From: an uncultured Gemmatimonadales bacterium
Lineage (GTDB): Bacteria; Gemmatimonadota; Gemmatimonadetes; Gemmatimonadales; GWC2-71-9
Length of the DNA: 64,000 nt
Reading direction: 5' to 3'
NCBI GenBank assembly: GCA_963828735.1
Contig: CAWHFW010000005.1
Span: forward strand, 2,080,001-2,144,000
How positions within the stretch are numbered: the first letter of the stretch is position 1; every line of letters starts with the position of its first letter. Of the stretch, positions 28,510 through 36,453 are shown one piece after another. Position numbers and translations under genes: made by a program. A model generated the notes under the pieces. That model saw only the letters and a list, made by a program, of their open reading frames with translations, was not told where the DNA came from and did not search any database.

Positions 28510-29445
28510 CTAAGGGATCGGGAGCCGGTAGGTCTCGCCGGAGCGGGTGACCCGAAACCGGGGCCCGTGGAGTCTCGTGTGGGGTGGTGCGGCGATCGAG
28601 TCGGAAGGCGCCCGCTTTCCGGCGACGGCCGCGCTCCTCGCGCTGCCCGGCGTCGGCCACGGATCCGCCGCGCCCACGTTCACCGTGTACCCCAGGTCCG
28701 CCATCGATTCGATCGTGACCGCGCTGAGCGGGTTGGCGCCGAGGTCCAGGAACCCCGTCATCAGCTCGTTCGTCATCGCCGATTCCCGCCAATGGCTCAG
28801 CGCTGTGCCCTCGCCGCCGCCGGCCTCGACCGGCACGACCTTGTCGGTGAAGCTCGGCAGCGCCTTGCGGAACGCCGCCTGCGCGTCCGGCCCGCTGAAC
28901 CAGGGGTCCTTGGTCGTCGAGTCGCGGACCAGGTTGTCGAGATCCCACACGGTCCCGAAGCCCAGCAGATGGGCCATCTCGTGCTTGATGACGTCGTCCA
29001 GCATGCCGGTGCTGTCCAGCGAAGCGAGCGTGGTGCTGTTGAGCGACATGACGCCGAGCACCGGGATGTTCCCCGGGTCGCGCACGAGGCACGGGCCGGA
29101 CTCGCCAAGCGTCTGCTCGCCGGGCACCGTGTCCGTGATCCGCTCCACGTGCACCAGAACCAGAAGGTCCTTTACCGTCTCGTTGATCGCTGGCTGAGAC
29201 GAATCGCAGGCGCCGGCCGCCAACTGGACGGCGACCGAGCCGACCGAATCCACGATCACGCCCTGCCACCTGGCGGTCGCCTGACTGAACGCGCTGACGA
29301 CGTCCGGCGAGGGGGGTGTGCGATCGACGTAGCGAACGGTGATGGTGAACGAAGGGCTCGCCAGGTTCGCGCCGGAGGGCCCGGTCGAATCGCTGCAGGC
29401 AGCGAGCAGCGCGATCAGCGCTGCCTCCACGCGTCGGCGCTTCAT
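28510..29445 (-). CDS. Leishmanolysin-like (M8) zinc metallopeptidase lipoprotein
   Basis: Lipobox LAAC; HEMAHLLG, SHWRE, NELMTG. Confidence 0.85.
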   Translation of the reverse strand: MKRRRVEAALIALLAACSDSTGPSGANLASPSFTITVRYVDRTPPSPDVVSAFSQATARWQGVIVDSVGSVAVQLAAGACDSSQPAINETVKDLLVLVHVERITDTVPGEQTLGESGPCLVRDPGNIPVLGVMSLNSTTLASLDSTGMLDDVIKHEMAHLLGFGTVWDLDNLVRDSTTKDPWFSGPDAQAAFRKALPSFTDKVVPVEAGGGEGTALSHWRESAMTNELMTGFLDLGANPLSAVTIESMADLGYTVNVGAADPWPTPGSARSAAVAGKRAPSDSIAAPPHTRLHGPRFRVTRSGETYRLPIP

Positions 29446-29729
29446 CGTGCGCCGGCCCCCGCGGATGTGTCGGGAACAGCCGGGCAGCCTTGCCGGCCGG
29501 TATCCGTTCCGGCTGCGGGTACCGGGGGCAGGGTTTCGACGCGGCCGCTGCTGTCCACCCGGAAGCGCGGACCACGCGAGACATCATGGCCCAGGTCGAA
29601 GCCGCTGTCCTGCGGCGCGCAGCCCGAGTCACCGACGAGTGCGGCCGCCGGCGCAGGGGCAGGGCGGTGCCCGCACGCGACCACCATCATCAGGCTGCAA
29701 AGACTGGCGAGCAGTGCCTGCGTGGACAT
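29442..29729 (-). CDS. Small hypothetical lipoprotein
   Basis: Lipobox VVAC; ATGA overlap; GPRFRV motif also in the peptidase C-terminus. Confidence 0.55.
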   Translation of the reverse strand: MSTQALLASLCSLMMVVACGHRPAPAPAAALVGDSGCAPQDSGFDLGHDVSRGPRFRVDSSGRVETLPPVPAAGTDTGRQGCPAVPDTSAGAGAR

Positions 29730-29801
29730 GAACGATCCCCGAAAGAGCCCTATCTCTTTCGGGGATTCGCCTCACCGGCCGGTGGTCGCACCCAGCCCCG
29801 G

Positions 29802-30365
29802 TCATCTCGCGCGGTCGATCGCCGCGCCCAGCTCCTTGTATGCCGAAGGATCGATCTCCCGGAACGGAGTCGCGCGGTAGGCGATCCTCCCATCCGGTCC
29901 CACCACGAACAGATTGCGATTGGTGAGCCCCGGCTCGCTGGCCAGCGCGCCGTATCGCCTGCCCACGGCCGTCGCGCTGTCGCTCGCGAACAGGAAGGGG
30001 AACTCCGAGTCCCGCGCCCACGAGGCCAGGGCGGTGTCGGGGTCGGCGCTGATGGCGATGAGCACCACGCCACGGCCGTCCTTGAAGAGCGTCGCGTACT
30101 GATCACGGTACGCGTTCATTTGCACCGTTCAGCCGCTGGTGCGGGCCTTGAAGAAGAACGCCAGGACCACCGTCTTCCCCTTGAAGTCGGAGAGACGGAC
30201 CGGCTTGGCGAGAAGGCCGTAGCGCGTGGCGCCCGGCAGGGTGAAGTCGGGCGCGACAGCGCCCACCTCGAGGGGAGGCGTGGTGCCCGCCGGCGCCGGC
30301 GACTGCTGGGCCAGGAGCACCGCGGGGGTGACGGCGAGCGTCAGAGCGAGGGACAGTGATCGCAT
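29802..30365 (-). CDS. Exported AhpC/TSA (BCP-like) peroxiredoxin with probable selenocysteine (UGA at 30129-30131)
   Basis: VGAVAPDFTL..LSDFKGKTVVLAFFFKARTSG-UGA-TVQM..AISAD..FASD..RNLFVVGPDGRIAY in one frame. Confidence 0.85.
30093..30114 (-). promoter_or_regulatory. Candidate bacterial SECIS hairpin
   Basis: CGCGUAC-CGUGAUCA-GUACGCG starting 14 nt 3' of the UGA. Confidence 0.6.
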
Positions 30366-30442
30366 GTGCGCTCCGTTGCTGGGTTCGGTTGAGGAGTTCG
30401 ACGCAATATACTCGGGCTGACACTGCACCCCTCCCCGCTTGC

Positions 30443-30976
30443 CTAGCTCTTCTCCCGCTTGGCACACGCCGCCACAAACTCCGCCCTGTGCCGTTCGAGC
30501 CCGCCGATGGGGAACTCCGCGGTCGTCTTGTAGGATCCGGCCCCGTCGGCATAGCTCACGATCGCGCGGCGGTGCCTCGTCAGCCACGCCAACAGGCTGT
30601 CCTGCGAGATCGTCAGCAGCACTTTTCCTCCCGTGCTGGTCGTCCCGGCAAACCCCTTGATCTTGCGGGGAGGGGCGCTGTCCACGCTCAACCGTACTAC
30701 GGTACTCCCCTGCCGCAGCGCCTGATCGGTCATGATGGCGACGGTCGTGTTGTCCCCGAAGCAATCGAAGCTGAGGACCACGTCGTGTGTCGGTGCCTCT
30801 CCTTCCGGTCCCTCCTTGCCGTTGGTCCGAAGCGACGCCGTCGTCCGAATGCCGGGTTCGGTGCTGGCCCGCACAGTGTCCACCCGGATCGTCCAGTCGC
30901 CGCCCGTGTCCCGGCCGCCGCAGGCAGCGAGGAGCAGTCCGGACAGCGCGAGAGCGGAAAGGACGCGACCAGTCAT
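30443..30976 (-). CDS. Hypothetical lipoprotein
   Basis: Lipobox LAAC; paralog at 51972-52510. Confidence 0.75.
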   Translation of the reverse strand: MTGRVLSALALSGLLLAACGGRDTGGDWTIRVDTVRASTEPGIRTTASLRTNGKEGPEGEAPTHDVVLSFDCFGDNTTVAIMTDQALRQGSTVVRLSVDSAPPRKIKGFAGTTSTGGKVLLTISQDSLLAWLTRHRRAIVSYADGAGSYKTTAEFPIGGLERHRAEFVAACAKREKS

Positions 30977-31266
30977 GGTACGAACTATGATAACCGACGG
31001 TCCGGTCACCTGCCGCATGCTGGAGGTACCGTGGCCACCCTCCTTGGGGTGAAGTCGCCCGCCACCTGGTACCCAACCCGCCACCTGGTACCCAAATGGA
31101 TCTCCCCAAATCGCAATCGGTACCGGAACCCGTTACACAGGGCAGGGAAGGAGCTCGGCTCCCAGGTCTCCACTGAGGGAATTTCCCGCGAGACGGGGCG
31201 TTGCTCGATAGGCCACGCCACGCTCGGTGGCGTCGCCATTCGCGCACACGCAGGCCGGGAGATCTC

Positions 31267-32442
31267 GTGCCCCACGGTACGGCGACCAGCCAACCCGCAA
31301 CTCCGCGGCGGACACCGTTCCGCCGCTGGGGCCTGGTTGCGGCACTCATGCTCCCCACCCCCAGCCGTGCCGCCCTGGCCCAGAAGGCCGCGCCCGTCGA
31401 CCGGGTTCCCCTGGTCAATGGGCTGCTCCTGGGCTCGGTCCTGCACAGCCCGATCGGCGAGCGCGAGGACCTCCTCGAGATCAGCATCACCGACACCACC
31501 GGTGTCCACTACGCCTGGCATGAGCGCACCATCACCACCGACGGCGACACCACCACCGGCTTCCGCCGCCGCTTCGTCAGCGCGAACGACCTGACCGGCG
31601 CACCCCGGTTCGACGACATCTTCGGCAAGGACGAGCAGGTGCGCCCGGGCTTTACCGCGGTTTCGCTGTCGTCCGCCGTGTACCGGCAGCTGCGCGACTC
31701 CGGCAGCGCCCGGTTCAGCATGACCGTCTACCGCCAACCTCCCGACCCGAAGGCCGCGGGCTCACCGTCACTCGACGACTTCCTCGGGCCGCAGCGAGCG
31801 CGATTCAAGGGAACGCTGACGAGAGTTTCGACCCGGCCCGAGGGGTTTCCGCTCCTCCTCAACGGCAGCCGGGCGACGGTGCCGGCCCTGCGCGTGAAGG
31901 GAAGCTTCGCTGACGGCCTGCGGCGCTCGGAATGGGACCTCTGGGTCCAGGCCGACAGCGCGCACCCGCTGCTCCTCAAGTCGGTGCTCGAGGAGAAGGT
32001 GTTCCAGATGGTGCGGGCCGACCTCCCGGTCGACCCACCCGCTCGGCGCGGCGCCGGGGCGATTGACAAGGTTCTGGTCGAAGAGATGAGCGCGCGCTGC
32101 CGGCTGGAGCTCCCCGGCGTCTACTTCGCGTTCGGCACCGCGACTATCGATCCCATCTCCGACCGCGCGCTCGCCGAGCTGGCCCGCTCCCTCGCCGGCC
32201 ACTCCGACTGGAAGTTCACCGTTGAAGGCCACACCGACAGCGTCGGGACCGACATCGCCAACCAGGCGCTCTCCCGGCGCCGCGCCGAGGCGGTGCGTGC
32301 GCGGCTGGCCGAGCGGCACGGCCTGGACACTCGCGCCTGGGGCGCGGTGGGGTACGGTGCGAGCCGGCCGAAGGAATCGAATGCGACCATCGAGGGCCGC
32401 GCGCGCAACCGCCGGGTCGAGCTGGCGCGCGACTGTGGCTGA
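31267..32442 (+). CDS. OmpA-family protein with uncharacterised N-terminal domain
   Basis: VYFAF, VEGHTDSVG..NQALSRRRAEAV, GYGASRP, GRARNRRVEL; start uncertain. Confidence 0.85.
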   Translation: MPHGTATSQPATPRRTPFRRWGLVAALMLPTPSRAALAQKAAPVDRVPLVNGLLLGSVLHSPIGEREDLLEISITDTTGVHYAWHERTITTDGDTTTGFRRRFVSANDLTGAPRFDDIFGKDEQVRPGFTAVSLSSAVYRQLRDSGSARFSMTVYRQPPDPKAAGSPSLDDFLGPQRARFKGTLTRVSTRPEGFPLLLNGSRATVPALRVKGSFADGLRRSEWDLWVQADSAHPLLLKSVLEEKVFQMVRADLPVDPPARRGAGAIDKVLVEEMSARCRLELPGVYFAFGTATIDPISDRALAELARSLAGHSDWKFTVEGHTDSVGTDIANQALSRRRAEAVRARLAERHGLDTRAWGAVGYGASRPKESNATIEGRARNRRVELARDCG

Positions 32443-32472
32443 CGGCGAAACCGGAGCTCATCGGAGGCATTC

Positions 32473-32988
32473 ATGTGGAATAAGGGAACGCTGCGCGCCG
32501 CCGTCGCGACGGCCTGCGCCTGCGCCGCGGGGTCGGTGATGTCGGCCCAGGCGCCCAAGCTCGACGCGTGCTCCGTGCTGACCCGGGACGAGATCAAGAC
32601 GCTCTCCGGGAACCACGATCCGGGAGCGCCCTCGCCCGGGGGCACCAGCCGGCCCGAGGTCACGCTCTGTTACTGGCAGCAGACCTATCCCAAGGGCTCC
32701 GTGGTCCTCTTCTCCAACGTGAGTCCCGACGAGCCCAAGGGTCTCGGGCTCAAGCAGCTGCTCGACCACGGCAAGAAGGCGCGGGCCGTCCCCGGTCTGG
32801 GCGACGACGCGGTCTTCATGGAGAGCCCGCCCGGGGAGCCGGGCGGTACGCTCTTCGTGCGGGTCGACCACTGGCGGGTCTCGATCTTCTGGGAGGCGGC
32901 GAGCCCCACGGCGACTTCCGAGTCGGTGCTGCCGCTGCTCACGGCGTTCGCCAAGGCGGCGGTACCGAAGATGAGAAAGGCGGGCTGA
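32473..32988 (+). CDS. Secreted protein, DUF3558-like
   Basis: Signal peptide; DACSVLTRDEI..C..VPGLGDDA; GGAGG RBS. Confidence 0.7.
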   Translation: MWNKGTLRAAVATACACAAGSVMSAQAPKLDACSVLTRDEIKTLSGNHDPGAPSPGGTSRPEVTLCYWQQTYPKGSVVLFSNVSPDEPKGLGLKQLLDHGKKARAVPGLGDDAVFMESPPGEPGGTLFVRVDHWRVSIFWEAASPTATSESVLPLLTAFAKAAVPKMRKAG

Positions 32989-32990
32989 CC

Positions 32991-34136
32991 ATGCGCACCT
33001 TCATTCATCGGATTCTGCCGCTCGCGACGCTCGCGGCCTTCGCCGCGTGCGACCGCGGCTCTGGCACGGCGTCCGCCGCTGCCGCCGAAGGCGCCGCTCG
33101 TGCGGGTGACCCAGGCAAGCCAGCGGCCGCCGCGGCGTCGGCCGTCCGCACCGCCACCCGCCCGGCCGATGCCTGTGGCTGGATCTCGGCATCCGAAGTC
33201 GAGGCGATCGTCGGCAAGCTCACCGCGTCGCCGCGGTCGAGCGACGGTGCCTGCGTCTACCCGCTGCCGGTCGACCCGGAGACCGCGCGCCGGCGCGCCA
33301 AGGCGCTCGAGCTCCAACGGAAGCTCGAGGAGCGCTTCGGCAAGTCCGACTTCCCGGAGCTCGTGGCCGACGAGAGCGCGGTGATCGTGGACGTGATGGT
33401 GTACGTCGATCCGGCGGGCGCGCGCGGCGCGGCCGCGGCCGGGGTCGTCATGGCCGGCTGGCTGGGCGAGGGAGACTCCGCCGGCAAGGCCGCGTCGGAC
33501 TCCGCGGCACCGCCGCCGCCGACCACGCCGGGATGGGACGCGACCAACCGCGCCGGCGCCCGGTCGTTCGTCGGCGCGCTCGGCCACATGCAGATCGCCG
33601 TGCGGGTGCAGGCCGCCGAGCCGGGCCGCGAGCAGACCACGGCCATCGCCAACCGCATTCGCGAGAAGATCCCCGACCTTCCGTTCCCATCGGAGCGGAG
33701 CGGTGCGCCCGCCGGTCCCGATCCCTGCGTGCTCCTCACCGTCAAGGAAGTCGAGGCGGTGGTCGGCAAGCTGGTCGTTCCCCCGTTCCGCTCGGACGAG
33801 GGCAAGCCGCTCGCGATGGAGAACGGGACCAGCTGTACCTACTACACGGCCGGCCATCACGCACTCGTGCTGACGCCGACCTGGTCGTACGGCGGCACCG
33901 CCTTCGAGGCGATGCGTGGCGTCGGTGGGATGCTGGAGAAGGTCGCGCCGAGCCTGCACAACGACGCGGCGGACACGCTCGACAGCGGACCGTGGGAAGA
34001 CGCGGCCGGCGACCCGGCGACCGGAGCCCTCTTCTTCCTCAAGGGCGACCGGGCCCTCGAGGTCCACTATCTCGTCTCCGGCACCGACATGGACGGCGCG
34101 GTCAGGCTGGCCACCATCGCAGTCGGGCGGCTCTGA
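32991..34136 (+). CDS. Lipoprotein with two DUF3558-like repeats
   Basis: Lipobox FAAC; DACGWISASEVEAIVGKL..CVY and DPCVLLTVKEVEAVVGKL..CTY. Confidence 0.72.
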   Translation: MRTFIHRILPLATLAAFAACDRGSGTASAAAAEGAARAGDPGKPAAAAASAVRTATRPADACGWISASEVEAIVGKLTASPRSSDGACVYPLPVDPETARRRAKALELQRKLEERFGKSDFPELVADESAVIVDVMVYVDPAGARGAAAAGVVMAGWLGEGDSAGKAASDSAAPPPPTTPGWDATNRAGARSFVGALGHMQIAVRVQAAEPGREQTTAIANRIREKIPDLPFPSERSGAPAGPDPCVLLTVKEVEAVVGKLVVPPFRSDEGKPLAMENGTSCTYYTAGHHALVLTPTWSYGGTAFEAMRGVGGMLEKVAPSLHNDAADTLDSGPWEDAAGDPATGALFFLKGDRALEVHYLVSGTDMDGAVRLATIAVGRL

Positions 34137-34179
34137 CCGCCGGCGACGACGACCGAACGACTTACGGGGGAGGTGATCC

Positions 34180-34713
34180 ATGGCGTCCAAATCACGATCG
34201 GTCCGACTCGCCCTCATCGCGCTCGCGACATGCGGCCTCGGCGCCTGCGGCGACCGCGCCTCGGGTGAGACAGCGGCCGCCGGAGCCAGGCCGGCGGGCA
34301 AGGCGACCTCATTCTGCCCGTCGGTGGCCGATGTGAGCGCCGCCGCCGGCTTCGAGGTCAGCTTCACCCAGTCGATCGGCAGCAGCCCGGACGGCTGGGT
34401 GGCGTGCCAGTACGAGATGACCGGCCGCTATCGCGGCACCTTCGTCGAGCTCACCGGCGAGCCGGCCTCCAAGGCGGACTCGGTGTTCGGCGAGATCAAG
34501 CGCGCGGTCAAAGGCATGAAGGGCGTGGACGCCGAGGCCGACCGGCTCGATCTCGGCAGCGGCGGGTGGGCCTACGGCTCGAACTCGCTGAGCGATGCGG
34601 CGGCCGTGGTCGGGAACCACGTGTACCGCTCGAGGATGGAGTACATGGGGTTCAACAAGATCGGGGACCAGAAGGACGCGATGGTGCGCGTCCTCAAGCT
34701 GATCGCCCACTGA
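34180..34713 (+). CDS. Hypothetical lipoprotein, DUF3558-like
   Basis: Lipobox LGAC; CPSVADVSAAAG..CQY; GGAGG RBS. Confidence 0.7.
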   Translation: MASKSRSVRLALIALATCGLGACGDRASGETAAAGARPAGKATSFCPSVADVSAAAGFEVSFTQSIGSSPDGWVACQYEMTGRYRGTFVELTGEPASKADSVFGEIKRAVKGMKGVDAEADRLDLGSGGWAYGSNSLSDAAAVVGNHVYRSRMEYMGFNKIGDQKDAMVRVLKLIAH

Positions 34714-34721
34714 GCGGCGCG

Positions 34722-35639
34722 ATGCGATCCCTGTTCCGGATATTCCTCTATATAGCCCTGCTGGCGGCGCCGCTCCTCGCGGTGTCGCTCTGGCTCGACT
34801 CGCACGGCGAGACGGCCACCGGGACGGTGACGGCCAAGCGCGAAGAGATCCAGGTCGCCAACGAGCCCACCGGCGGCTGGTACAGTCGCCGCTACCTCGA
34901 GGTTGACCTTCCCCGCCTGGAGGCCGTCGGCCTCCGAGCGTCGGTACGAGTGGACTCGGCGGAGTTCCAGTCGTACCACGCCGGCGATCGCGTCGGCGTT
35001 CGCTACTTCCCCTGCTGTCCGATCTTCACTCGCCTCGCCGGCCGCACGACGCGGGAGGTCACCTGGGAAGTCGCGCGCGAGCTGGGGTCGAGCACGCTCC
35101 TCGACTGGGTCGTGGTCGGGGTCGTGGCGCTCGTCATCGCCGCGCAGATGTCTTCGGTGCTCGTGGTCGGCGCCGGTCTGGCCTGGCTGGCCGCCGCCAT
35201 GCTGTTCCTCTTTCCCGCGCGGCCGCCCAGGGTGGCCACGGGCACGGAAGCGACCGCGCGGGTGGCCGGGATCTCGGAGGTGACCCGGAGTCCTCCGCGG
35301 ACTCGCCACCGGAGGAGCAGCTCGTCTCACCCCGAGCGGCTCACGGTGCCGTACCAGGTGGTTCAGCTCCGGTTCGTCCCCGCCGGCGCCACCGACTCGG
35401 TGCTCGCGGTGGACGAGGTGGACGCGGGCTCCGTCCCGTCGCTCGCGCCGGGAGCCGAGCTGCGGGTGCGGTATCAGCCCGCGGCTCCGCGCGAGGCCAT
35501 GCTGGTCGACGGCACCCGGACCTTCCGCCAGCGGAACCGGTTTCACTTCCTGTTTCCGGCGCTCGGGTTGACCGGTATCGCCGTCGCGATGGGACTGGCC
35601 TGGCGCCTTCGCGGGCGGCGTAAGGCGGCCGCAACGTGA
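34722..35639 (+). CDS. Membrane protein with two DUF3592-like units
   Basis: GETATGTV..GDRVGVRY and GTEATARV..GAELRVRY between hydrophobic helices. Confidence 0.65.
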   Translation: MRSLFRIFLYIALLAAPLLAVSLWLDSHGETATGTVTAKREEIQVANEPTGGWYSRRYLEVDLPRLEAVGLRASVRVDSAEFQSYHAGDRVGVRYFPCCPIFTRLAGRTTREVTWEVARELGSSTLLDWVVVGVVALVIAAQMSSVLVVGAGLAWLAAAMLFLFPARPPRVATGTEATARVAGISEVTRSPPRTRHRRSSSSHPERLTVPYQVVQLRFVPAGATDSVLAVDEVDAGSVPSLAPGAELRVRYQPAAPREAMLVDGTRTFRQRNRFHFLFPALGLTGIAVAMGLAWRLRGRRKAAAT

Positions 35640-36388
35640 CCTCCACGCCGGGTACCATTCCGTTGCTCGACGGTCTCCTCGAGCCGCACGCGCACCGAGT
35701 CGAGCTCACCGGGAGTCTCCGGTCGCTCGGCTTCCCCAGCCGCTGCGCCAACTGCGGGGCGGTGACCACCGAGCGGTTGCCGATCCGCAAGGTGTTCGGC
35801 CGCATGGCCGGGCACCGGCGCCGGGTGCGCTCGAGCCGATACCGCGGGTATCGCATCGACACCGCACAGGTGCCCTACTGCCCCGCGTGCATTGCCCTCG
35901 ACGCGCGGGAGCGCCAGTCGCCGGCGTCACGCTGGCGCGCGCGGCTCGTGAGCCTGTTGATCCAGTCGATTCCGGCGCTCCCATGCCTCGGCTTCGCCGT
36001 CTTCATGCTCTCGATCATCCATCCGCCGGCCAACCCCGGCGAGGCGAGCGGCGGCTTCGAGCGCATCCTGGCGCTCGTGTTCGGGTTCGCCGGCGCGTGC
36101 CTCGTCGCGCACGCCTGGTGGGACACCCGTCGCTACCTGGTTCCGCGACAGACCAGTGTCACGCTCGCCTTCGACTTCAGCCCGGACATCTCCGAGCTGC
36201 TCGATCGCAAGGAGCGCCGGGTCTACGCCATCCGCGACCCGGCCTTCGCGGAGGCGTTCACGGCGCTCAATCGGGACCGCCTCTGGCAACCGGACCCGGC
36301 GGCCGAGCGGAAGGAGCTGCGGGTGTGGATCGCGTGTGCCGTGTTCCTCGCGGTCGGCGCGCTCGCGGCGGCCTTGCTCAACCGCTGA
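35636..36388 (+). CDS. Membrane protein with zinc ribbon
   Basis: CANC..VPYCPAC plus three hydrophobic helices; GTGA overlap. Confidence 0.65.
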   Translation: MTSTPGTIPLLDGLLEPHAHRVELTGSLRSLGFPSRCANCGAVTTERLPIRKVFGRMAGHRRRVRSSRYRGYRIDTAQVPYCPACIALDARERQSPASRWRARLVSLLIQSIPALPCLGFAVFMLSIIHPPANPGEASGGFERILALVFGFAGACLVAHAWWDTRRYLVPRQTSVTLAFDFSPDISELLDRKERRVYAIRDPAFAEAFTALNRDRLWQPDPAAERKELRVWIACAVFLAVGALAAALLNR

Positions 36389-36453
36389 GCCCGCGGACCG
36401 GCTCTTGCGACCACCCTGCCGAGCCGATCGAGCGGGCCGCCTGGTTCCATCGG

